From the NCBI GenBank assembly GCA_964016885.1, contig OZ024740.1, positions 319,672,001-319,736,000 on the forward strand: a stretch of 64,000 bases of DNA, read 5' to 3'. The stretch comes from Eledone cirrhosa (taxonomy: Eukaryota). The notes beneath the pieces are model-generated. The model saw only the letters and a list, made by a program, of their open reading frames with translations. It was not told the DNA's origin and made no database searches. Positions 52,901 through 64,000 of this stretch are shown here, one piece after another (the stretch's first letter is position 1; each line of letters starts with the position of its first letter). The position numbers and the translations under genes are program-made.

Positions 52901-55900
52901 CTGTGGTGGTGGTGTTGATGGCAGTGACGGCGGTGAGTGTGGTGTTGTTGATCGGAGTGACGGCGGTGAGTGTGGTGGTGTTGATGGCAGTGACGGCGGT
53001 GAGTATGGTGGGTTTGATGGCAGTGACGGCGGTGAGTGTGATGGTGTTGGTCGCAGTGACGGCGGTGAGTGTGATGGTGTTGATGGCAGTGACGGCAGTG
53101 AGTGTGGTGGTGTTGATGGCAGTGACGGCGGTGACTGTTGTGGTGTTGATGGCAGTGACGGCGGTGACTGTGGTGGTGTTGATCGCAGTGACGGCGGTGA
53201 CTGTGGTGGTGTTGATGGCAGTGACGGCGGTGACTGTGGTGGTGTTGATGGCAGTGACGGCGGTGCGTGTGGTGGTGTTGATGGCAGTGACGGCGGTGAC
53301 TGTGGTGGTGTTGATGGCAGTGACGGCGGTGACTGTGGTGGTGTTGATCGCAGTGACGGCGGTGACTGTGGTGGTTTTGATGGCAGTGACGGCGGTGACT
53401 GTGGTGGTGTTGATGGCAGTGACGGCGGTGCGTGTGGTGGTGTTGATGGCAGTGACGGCGGTGACTGTGGTGGTGTTGATCGCAGTGACGGCGGTGACTG
53501 TGGTGGTGTTGATGGCAGTGACGGCGGTGAGTGTGGTGGTGTTGATGGCAGTGACGGCGGTGACTGTGGTGGTGTTGATGGCAGTGACGGCGGTGAGTGT
53601 GGTGGTGTTGATGGCAGTGACGGCGCTGACTGTGGTGGTGTTGATGGCAGTGACGGCGGTGAGTGTGGTGGTGTTGATGGCAGTGACGGCGGTGAGTGTG
53701 GTGGTGTTGATGGCAGTGACGGCGGTGACTGTGGGGGTGTTGATGGCAGTGACGGCGGTGAGTGTGGCGGTGTTGATGGCAGTGACGGCGGTGAGTGTGG
53801 TGGCGTTGATGGCAGTGACAGCGGTGACTGTGGTGGTGTTGATGGCAGTGACGGCGGTGACTGTGGTGGTGTTGATGGCAGTGACGGCGGTGACTGTGGT
53901 GGTGTTGATGGCAGTGACGACGGTGAGTGTGGTGGTTTGATGGCAGTGACGGCAGTGACTGTGGTGGTGTTGATGGCAGTGACGGCGGCGACTGTGGTGG
54001 TGTTGATGGTAATGACGGCGGATAGTGTTGTGGTGTTGATGGCAGTGACGGCGGTGAGTGTCGTGGTGTTGATGGAAGTGACGGCGGTGAGTGTGGTGGT
54101 GTTGATGGCAGTGACGGCGGTGAGTGTGGTGGTGTTGATGGCAGTGACGGCGGTGACTGTGGTGGTGTTGATGGCAGTGACGGCGGCGACTGTGGTGGTG
54201 TTGATGGTAATGACGGCGGATAGTGTTGTGGTGTTGATGGCAGTGACGGCGGTGAGTGTGGTGGTGTTGATGGAAGTGACGGCGGTGAGTGTGGTGGTGT
54301 TGATGGCAGTGACGGCGGTGAGTGTGGTGGTGTTGATGGCTGTGACGGCGGTGAGTGTGGTGGTGTTGATGGCAGTGACGGCGGTGACTGTGGGGGTGTT
54401 GATGGCAGTGACGGCGGTGAGTGTCGCGGTGTTGATGGCAGTGACGGCGGTGAGTGTGGTGGTGTTGATGGCAGTGACGACGGTGAGTGTGGTGGTGTTG
54501 ATGGCAGTGACGGCGGTGACTGTGGTGGTGTTGATGGCAGTGACGGCGGTCGGTGTGGTGGTGTTGATGGCAGTGACGGCGGTGGGTGTGGTGGTGTTGA
54601 TGGCAGTGACGGCGGTGACTGTGGTGGTGTTGATGGCAGTGACGGCGGCGACTGTGGTGGTGTTGATGGTAATGACGGCGGATAGTGTTGTGGTGTTGAT
54701 GGCAGTGACGGCGGTGAGTGTGGTGGTGTTGATGGCAGTGACGGCGGTGAGTGTGGTGGTGTTGATGGCAGTGACGGCGGTGAGTGTGGTGGTGTTGATG
54801 GCTGTGACGGCGGTGACTGTGGTGGTGTTGATGGCAGTGACGGCAGTGAGTGTGGTGGTGTTGATGGCAGTGACGGCGGTGACTGTGGTGGTGTTGATGG
54901 CAATGACGACGGTGAGTGTGGTGGTGTTGATGGCAGTGACGGCGGTGAGTGTGGTGGTGTTGATGGCAGTGACGGCGGTGACTGTGGTGGTGTTGATGGC
55001 AGTGACGGCGGTGAGTGTGGTGGTGTTGATGGCAGTGACGGCGGTGAGTGTGATGGTGTTGATGGCAGTGACGGCGGTGAGTGTGGTGGTGTTGATGGCA
55101 GTGACGGCGGTGACTGTGGTGGTGTTGATGGCAGTGACGGCGTCGAGTGTGGTGGTGTTGATGGCAGTGACGGCGGTAACTGTGGTGGTGTTGATGGCAG
55201 TGACGGCGGTGAGTGTGGTGTTGTTGATCGGAGTGACGGCGGTGAGTGTGGTGGTGTTGATGGCAGTGACGGCGGTGACTGTGGTGGTGTTGATCGCAGT
55301 GACGGCGGTGAGTGTGATGGTGTTGGTCGCAGTGACGGCAGTGAGTGTGGTGGTGTTGATGGCAGTGACTGCGGTGACTGTGGTGGTGTTGATGGCAGTG
55401 ACGGCGGTGACTGTGGTGGTGTTGATCGCAGTGACGGCGGTGACTGTGGTGGTGTTGATGGCAGTGACGGCGGTGAGTGTGGTGGTGTTGATGGCAGTGA
55501 CGGCGGTGAGTGTGGTGGCGTTGATGGCAGTGACAGCGGTGACTGTGGTGGTGTTGATGGCAGTGACGGCGGTGACTGTGGTGGTGTTGATGGCAGTGAC
55601 GGCGGTGACTGTGGTGGTGTTGATCGCAGTGACGGCGGTGACTGTGGTGGTGTTGATCGCAGTGACGGCGGTGACTGTGGTGGTGTTGATGGCAGTGACG
55701 GCGGTGACTGTGGTGGTGTTGATGGCAGTGACGGCGGTGACTGTGGTGGTGTTGGTGGCAGTGACGGCGGTGACTGTGGTGGTGTTGATGGCAGTGACGG
55801 CGGTGAGTGTGGTGGTGTTGATCGCAGTGACGGCGGTGAGTGTGGTGGTGTTGATGGCAGTGACGGCGGTGAGTGTGGTGGTGTTGATGGCAGTGACGGC

Positions 55901-58900
55901 GGTGAGTGTGGTGGCGTTGATGGCAGTGACGGCGGTGACTGTGGTGGTGTTGATGGCAGTGACGGCGGTGACTGTGGTGGTGTTGATGGCAGTGACGGCG
56001 GTGAGTGTGATGGTGTTGATGGCAGTGACGGCGGTGACTGTGGTGGTGTTGATGGCAGTGACGGCGGTGACTGTGGTGGTGTTGATGGCAGTGACGGCGG
56101 TGACTGTGGTGGCGTTGATGGCAGTGACGGCGGTGAGTGTGGTGGTGTTGATGGCAGTGACGGCGGTGACTGTGGTGGTGTTGATGGCAGTGACGGCGGT
56201 GAGTGTGGTGGTGTTGATGGCAGTGACGGCCGTGACTGTGGTGGTGTTGATGGCAGTGACGGCGGTGAATGTGGTGGTGTTGATGGCAGTGACGGCGGTG
56301 ACTGTGGTGGTGTTGATGGCAGTGACGGCGGTGAGTGTGGTGGTGTTGATGGCAGTGACGGCGGTGACTGTGGTGGTGTTGATGGCAGTGACGGCGGTGA
56401 GTGTGGTGGTGTTGATGGCAGTGACGGCGGTGAGTGTAGTGATGTTGATGGCAGTGACGGCGGTGACTGTGGTGGTGTTGATGGCATTGACGACGGTGAG
56501 TCTGGTGGTGTTGATGGCAGTGACGGCGGTGACTGTGGTGGTGTTGATGGCAGTGACGGCGGTCGGTGAGGTGGTGTTGATGGCAGTGACGGCGGTGGGT
56601 GTGGTGGTGTTGATGGCAGTGACGGCGGTGAGTGTGGTGGTGTTGATGGCAGTGACGGCGGTGACTGTGGTGGTGCTGATGGCAGTGACGGCGGTGACTG
56701 TGGTGGTGGTGTTGATGGCAGTGACGGCGGTGAGTGTGGTGTTGTTGATCGGAGTGACGGCGGTGAGTGTGGTGGTGTTGATGGCAGTGACGGCGGTGAG
56801 TATGGTGGGTTTGATGGCAGTGACGGCGGTGAGTGTGATGGTGTTGGTCGCAGTGACGGCGGTGAGTGTGATGGTGTTGATGGCAGTGACGGCAGTGAGT
56901 GTGGTGGTGTTGATGGCAGTGACGGCGGTGACTGTTGTGTTGTTGATGGCAGTGACGGCGGTGACTGTGGTGGTGTTGATCGCAGTGACGGCGGTGACTG
57001 TGGTGGTGTTGATGGCAGTGACGGCGGTGACTGTGGTGGTGTTGATCGCAGTGACGGCGGTGACTGTGGTGGTGTTGATGGCAGTGACGGCGGTGACTGT
57101 GGTGGTGTTGATGGCAGTGACGGCGGTGCGTGTGGTGGTGTTGATGGCAGTGACGGCGGTGACTGTGGTGGTGTTGATGGCAGTGACGGCGGTGACTGTG
57201 GTGGTGTTGATCGCAGTGACGGCGGTGACTGTGGTTGTTTTGATGGCAGTGACGGCGGTGACTGTGGTGGTGTTGATGGCAGTGACGGCGGTGCGTGTGG
57301 TGGTGTTGATGGCAGTGACGGCGGTGACTGTGGTGGTGTTGATCGCAGTGACGGCGGTGACTGTGGTGGTGTTGATGGCAGTGACGGCGGTGAGTGTGGT
57401 GGTGTTGATGGCAGTGACGGCGGTGACTGTGGTGGTGTTGATGGCAGTGACGGCGGTGAGTGTGGTGGTGTTGATGGCAGTGACGGCGGTGACTGTGGTG
57501 GTGTTGATGGCAGTGACGGCGGTGAGTGTGGTGGTGTTGATGGCAGTGACGGCGGTGAGTGTGGTGGTGTTGATGGCAGTGACGGCGGTGACTGTGGGGG
57601 TGTTGATGGCAGTGACGGCGGTGAGTGTGGCGGTGTTGATGGCAGTGACGGCGGTGAGTGTGGTGGCGTTGATGGCAGTGACGGCGGTGACTGTGGTGGT
57701 GTTGATGGCAGTGACGGCGGTGAGTGTGGTGGTGTTGATGGCAGTGACGGCGGTGAGTGTGGTGGTGTTGATCGCAGTGACGGCGGTGATTGTGGTGGTG
57801 TTGATGGCAGTGACGGCGGTGAGTGTGGTGGTGTTGATGGCAGTGACGGCGGTGAGTGTGGTGGTGTTGATGGCAGTGACGGCGGTGAGTGTGGTGGTGT
57901 TGGTCGCAGTGACGGCGGTGAGTGTGGTGGTGTTGATCGCAGTGACGGCGGTGACTGTGGTGGTGTTGATGGCAGTGACGGCGGTGAGTGTGGTGGTGTT
58001 GATGGCAGTGACGGCGGTGAGTGTGGTGGTGTTGGTCGCAGTGACGGCGGTGAGTGTGGTGGTGTTGATCGCAGTGACGGCGGTGATTGTGGTGGTGTTG
58101 ATTGCAGTGACGGCGGTGAGTGTGATGGTGTTGATGGCAGTGACGGCGGTGACTGTGGTGGTGTGGATGGCAGTGACGGCGGTGAGTGTGGTGGTGTTGA
58201 TGGCAGTGACGGCGGTGACTGTGGTGGTGTTGATGGCAGTGACGGCGGTGAGTGTGGTGGTGTTGATGGCAGTGACGACGGTGAGTGTGGTGGTGTTGAT
58301 GGCAGTGACGGCGGTGACTGTGGTGGTGTTGATGGCAGTGACGGCGGTCGGTGTGGTGGTGTTGATGGCAGTGACGGCGGTGGGTGTGGTGGTGTTGATG
58401 GCAGTGACGGCGGTGACTGTGGTGGTGTTGATGGCAGTGACGGCGGCGACTGTGGTGGTGTTGATGGTAATGACGGCGGATAGTGTTGTGGTGTTGATGG
58501 CAGTGACGGCGGTGAGTGTGGTGGTGTTGATGGCAGTGACGGCGGTGAGTGTGGTGGTGTTGATGGCAGTGACGGCGGTGAGTGTGGTGGTGTTGATGGC
58601 TGTGACGGCGGTGACTGTGGTGGTGTTGATGGCAGTGACGGCAGTGAGTGTGGTGGTGTTGATGGCAGTGACGGCGGTGACTGTGGTGGTGTTGATGGCA
58701 ATGACGACGGTGAGTGTGGTGGTGTTGATGGCAGTGACGGCGGTGAGTGTGGTGGTGTTGATGGCAGTGACGGCGGTGACTGTGGTGGTGTTGATGGCAG
58801 TGACGGCGGTGAGTGTGGTGGTGTTGATGGCAGTGACGGCGGTGAGTGTGATGGTGTTGATGGCAGTGACGGCGGTGAGTGTGGTGGTGTTGATGGCAGT

Positions 58901-61900
58901 GACGGCGGTGACTGTGGTGGTGTTGATGGCAGTGACGGCGTCGAGTGTGGTGGTGTTGATGGCAGTGACGGCGGTAACTGTGGTGGTGTTGATGGCAGTG
59001 ACGGCGGTGAGTGTGGTGTTGTTGACCGGAGTGACGGCGGTGAGTGTGGTGGTGTTGATGGCAGTGACGGCGGTGACTGTGGTGGTGTTGATCGCAGTGA
59101 CGGCGGTGAGTGTGATGGTGTTGGTCGCAGTGACGGCAGTGAGTGTGGTGGTGTTGATGGCAGTGACGGCGGTGACTGTGGTGGTGTTGATGGCAGTGAC
59201 GGCGGTGACTGTGGTGGTGTTGATCGCAGTGACGGCGGTGACTGTGGTGGTGTTGATGGCAGTGACGGCGGTGAGTGTGGTGGTGTTGATGGCAGTGACG
59301 GCGGTGAGTGTGGTGGCGTTGATGGCAGTGACAGCGGTGACTGTGGTGGTGTTGATGGCAGTGACGGCGGTGACTGTGGTGGTGTTGATGGCAGTGACGG
59401 CGGTGACTGTGGTGGTGTTGATCGCAGTGACGGCGGTGACTGTGGTGGTGTTGATCGCAGTGACGGCGGTGACTGTGGTGGTGTTGATGGCAGTGACGGC
59501 GGTGACTGTGGTGGTGTTGATGGCAGTGACGGCGGTGACTGTGGTGGTGTTGGTGGCAGTGACGGCGGTGACTGTGGTGGTGTTGATGGCAGTGACGGCG
59601 GTGAGTGTGGTGGTGTTGATCGCAGTGACGGCGGTGAGTGTGGTGGTGTTGATGGCAGTGACGGCGGTGAGTGTGGTGGTGTTGATGGCAGTGACGGCGG
59701 TGAGTGTGGTGGCGTTGATGGCAGTGACGGCGGTGACTGTGGTGGTGTTGATGGCAGTGACGGCGGTGACTGTGGTGGTGTTGATGGCAGTGACGGCGGT
59801 GAGTGTGATGGTGTTGATGGCAGTGACGGCGGTGACTGTGGTGGTGTTGATGGCAGTGACGGCGGTGACTGTGGTGGTGTTGATGGCAGTGACGGCGGTG
59901 ACTGTGGTGGCGTTGATGGCAGTGACGGCGGTGAGTGTGGTGGTGTTGATGGCAGTGACGGCGGTGACTGTGGTGGTGTTGATGGCAGTGACGGCGGTGA
60001 GTGTGGTGGTGTTGATGGCAGTGACGGCCGTGACTGTGGTGGTGTTGATGGCAGTGACGGCGGTGAATGTGGTGGTGTTGATGGCAGTGACGGCGGTGAC
60101 TGTGGTGGTGTTGATGGCAGTGACGGCGGTGAGTGTGGTGGTGTTGATGGCAGTGACGGCGGTGACTGTGGTGGTGTTGATGGCAGTGACGGCGGTGAGT
60201 GTGGTGGTGTTGATGGCAGTGACGGCGGTGAGTGTAGTGATGTTGATGGCAGTGACGGCGGTGACTGTGGTGGTGTTGATGGCATTGACGACGGTGAGTC
60301 TGGTGGTGTTGATGGCAGTGACGGCGGTGACTGTGGTGGTGTTGATGGCAGTGACGGCGGTCGGTGAGGTGGTGTTGATGGCAGTGACGGCGGTGGGTGT
60401 GGTGGTGTTGATGGCAGTGACGGCGGTGAGTGTGGTGGTGTTGATGGCAGTGACGGCGGTGACTGTGGTGGTGCTGATGGCAGTGACGGCGGTGACTGTG
60501 GTGGTGGTGTTGATGGCAGTGACGGCGGTGAGTGTGGTGTTGTTGATCGGAGTGACGGCGGTGAGTGTGGTGGTGTTGATGGCAGTGACGGCGGTGAGTA
60601 TGGTGGGTTTGATGGCAGTGACGGCGGTGAGTGTGATGGTGTTGGTCGCAGTGACGGCGGTGAGTGTGATGGTGTTGATGGCAGTGACGGCAGTGAGTGT
60701 GGTGGTGTTGATGGCAGTGACGGCGGTGACTGTTGTGTTGTTGATGGCAGTGACGGCGGTGACTGTGGTGGTGTTGATCGCAGTGACGGCGGTGACTGTG
60801 GTGGTGTTGATGGCAGTGACGGCGGTGACTGTGGTGGTGTTGATCGCAGTGACGGCGGTGACTGTGGTGGTGTTGATGGCAGTGACGGCGGTGACTGTGG
60901 TGGTGTTGATGGCAGTGACGGCGGTGCGTGTGGTGGTGTTGATGGCAGTGACGGCGGTGACTGTGGGGGTGTTGATGGCAGTGACGGCGGTGACTGTGGT
61001 GGTGTTGATCGCAGTGACGGCGGTGACTGTGGTTGTTTTGATGGCAGTGACGGCGGTGACTGTGGTGGTGTTGATGGCAGTGACGGCGGTGCGTGTGGTG
61101 GTGTTGATGGCAGTGACGGCGGTGACTGTGGTGGTGTTGATCGCAGTGACGGCGGTGACTGTGGTGGTGTTGATGGCAGTGACGGCGGTGAGTGTGGTGG
61201 TGTTGATGGCAGTGACGGCGGTGACTGTGGTGGTGTTGATGGCAGTGACGGCGGTGAGTGTGGTGGTGTTGATGGCAGTGACGGCGGTGACTGTGGTGGT
61301 GTTGATGGCAGTGACGGCGGTGAGTGTGGTGGTGTTGATGGCAGTGACGGCGGTGAGTGTGGTGGTGTTGATGGCAGTGACGGCGGTGACTGTGGGGGTG
61401 TTGATGGCAGTGACGGCGGTGAGTGTGGCGGTGTTGATGGCAGTGACGGCGGTGAGTGTGGTGGCGTTGATGGCAGTGACGGCGGTGACTGTGGTGGTGT
61501 TGATGGCAGTGACGGCGGTGAGTGTGGTGGTGTTGATGGCAGTGACGGCGGTGAGTGTGGTGGTGTTGATCGCAGTGACGGCGGTGATTGTGGTGGTGTT
61601 GATGGCAGTGACGGCGGTGAGTGTGGTGGTGTTGATGGCAGTGACGGCGGTGAGTGTGGTGGTGTTGATGGCAGTGACGGCGGTGAGTGTGGTGGTGTTG
61701 GTCGCAGTGACGGCGGTGAGTGTGGTGGTGTTGATCGCAGTGACGGCGGTGACTGTGGTGGTGTTGATGGCAGTGACGGCGGTGAGTGTGGTGGTGTTGA
61801 TGGCAGTGACGGCGGTGAGTGTGGTGGTGTTGGTCGCAGTGACGGCGGTGAGTGTGGTGGTGTTGATCGCAGTGACGGCGGTGATTGTGGTGGTGTTGAT

Positions 61901-64000
61901 TGCAGTGACGGCGGTGAGTGTGATGGTGTTGATGGCAGTGACGGCGGTGACTGTGGTGGTGTGGATGGCAGTGACGGCGGTGAGTGTGGTGGTGTTGATG
62001 GCAGTGACGGCGGTGACTGTGGTGGTGTTGATGGCAGTGACGGCGGTGAGTGTGGTGGTGTTGATGGCAGTGACGGCGGTGAGTGTGGTGTTCTTGATGG
62101 CAGTGACGGCGGTGACTGTGGTGGTGTTGATGGCAGTGACGGCGGTGAGTGTGGTGGTGTTGATAGCAGTGACGGCGGTGACTGTGGTGGTGTTGATGGC
62201 AGTGACGGCGGTGAGTGTGGTGGTGTTGATCGCAGTGACGGCGGTGACTGTGGTGGTGTTGATGGCAGTGACGGCGGTGAGTGTGGTGGTGTTGATGGCA
62301 GTGACGGCGGTGAGTGTGGTGTTGTTGATGGCAGTGACGGCGGTGACTGTGGTGGTGTTGATGGCAGTGACGACGGTGAGTGTGGTGGTGTTGATAGCAG
62401 TGACGGCGGTGACTGTGGTGGTGTTGATGGCAGTGACGGCGGTGAGTGTGGTGGTGTTGATGGCAGTGACGGCGGTGACTGTGGTTGGTGTTGATGGCAG
62501 TGACGGCGGTGACTGTGGTGGTGTTGATGGCAGTGACGGCGGTGAGTGTGATGGTGTTGATGGCAGTGACGGCGGTGACTGTGGTGGTGTTGATGGCAGT
62601 GACGGAGGTGACTGTGGTGGTGTTGATGGCAGTGACGGCGGTGACTGTGGTGGCGTTGATGGCAGTGACGGCGGTGAGTGTGGTGGTGTTGATGGCAGTG
62701 ACGGCGGTGACTGTGGTGGTTTTGATGGCAGTGACGGAGGTGGCTGTGGTGGTGTTGATGGCAGTGACGGCGGTGACTGTGGTGGTTTGATCGCAGTGAC
62801 GGCGGTGAGTGTGGTGGTGTTGATGGCAGTGACGGCGGTGAGTGTGGTGTTGTTGATGGCAGTGACGGCGGTGACTGTGGTGGTGTTGATGGCAGTGACG
62901 ACGGTGAGTGTGGTGGTGTTGATAGCAGTGACGGCGGTGACTGTGGTGGTGTTGATGGCAGTGACGGCGGTGAGTGTGGTGGTGTTGATGGCAGTGACGG
63001 CGGTGACTGTGGTGGTGTTGATGGCAGTGACGGCGGTGACTGTGGTGGTGTTGATGGCAGTGACGGCGGTGAGTGTGATGGTGTTGATGGCAGTGACGGC
63101 GGTGACTGTGGTGGTGTTGATGGCAGTGGCGGCGGTGACTGTGGTGGTGTTGATGGCAGTGACGGCGGTGACTGTGGTGGCGTTGATGGCAGTGACGGCG
63201 GTGAGTGTGGTGGTGTTGATGGCAGTGACGGCGGTGACTGTGGTGGCTTTGATGGCAGTGACGGCGGTGACTGTGGTGGTGTTGATCGCAGTGACGGCGG
63301 TGAGTGTGGTGGTGTTGATGGCAGTGACGTCGGTGACTGTGGTGGTGTTGATGGCAGTGACGGCGGTGATTGTGGTGGTGTTGATCGCAGTGACGGCGGT
63401 GAGTGTGGTGGTGTTGATGGCAGTGACGGCGGTGAGTGTGGTGGTGTTGATGGCAGTGACGGCGGTGACCGTGGTGGTGTTGATGGCAGTGACGGCGGTG
63501 ACTGTGGTGGTGTTGATGGCAGTGACGGCGGTGAGTGTGGTGGTGTTGATGGCAGTGACGGCGGTGACTGTGGTGGTGTTGATGGCAGTGACGGCGGTGA
63601 CCGTGGTGGTGTTGATGGCAGTGACGGGGGTGAGTGTGGTGGTGTTGATGGCAGTAACGGCGGCGATTGTGGTGGTGTTGATGGCAGTGACGGCGGTGAC
63701 TGTGGTGGTGTTGATGGCAGTGACGGCGGTGAGTGTGGTGGTGTTGATGGCAGTGACGGCCGTGACTGTGGTGGTGTTGATGGCAGTGACGGCGGTGACT
63801 GTGGTGGTTTTGATGGCAGTGACGGCGGTGACTGTGGTGGTGTTGATGGCAGTGACGGCGGTGAGTGTGGTGGTGTTGATGGCAGTGACGGCGGTGACTG
63901 TGGTGGTGTTGATGGCAGTGACGGCGGTGACTGTGGTGGTGTTGATGGCAGTGACGGCGGTGAGTGTGGTGGTGTTGATGGCAGTGACGGCGGTGAGTGT
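25945..64000. repeat. 33-bp G-rich tandem satellite GTTGATGGCAGTGACGGCGGTGA(C/G)TGTGGTGGT, ~1150 units, continuing beyond the window
   Basis: Uninterrupted head-to-tail array of ~38 kb. About 61% GC, 16-17 G per 33 nt on the + strand. Occasional 32-, 34- and 36-bp units and nested higher-order duplications. Confidence 0.98.

Noticed and set aside
25891-62790. Giant ORFs (up to 5386 aa) annotated as CDS
   Set aside because: They are a consequence of a 33-bp unit that is stop-free in five frames. Uncompensated frameshifts and overlapping ORFs on both strands are present. The stop-free Thr frame is expected neutrally because its consensus codons are at least two substitutions from a stop.

Overview
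Eukaryotic, repeat-saturated DNA with no recognisable intact host gene. The abundant SINE family and the microsatellite load suggest an octopus or other coleoid cephalopod genome (inference from recalled SINE sequence). Bases 1-23.9 kb are a (TA)n/(TATG)n-rich graveyard of transposon remnants. These include RTE LINE 3' ends, a ~500-620 bp non-autonomous family sharing a covarying 3' stem-loop with an RTE LINE, an old APE/RT LINE, an RLE-type LINE end, tRNA-type SINEs, a mariner MITE, and a Penelope-like (GIY-YIG) element with 457-bp inverted arms that each carry a minimal type I hammerhead ribozyme. Further hammerhead or half-hammerhead motifs sit inside fold-back palindromes (12.9, 16.5, 18.1 kb). 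From ~24 kb a (GAT)n-derived compound minisatellite grades into a G-rich 33-bp tandem satellite that fills 25.9-64 kb (~1150 units, running off the window). The satellite has nested higher-order duplications (~828, 857, 2342, 3798 bp and longer). Its giant ORFs are best explained as artefacts of a 33-bp unit that is stop-free in five of six frames.
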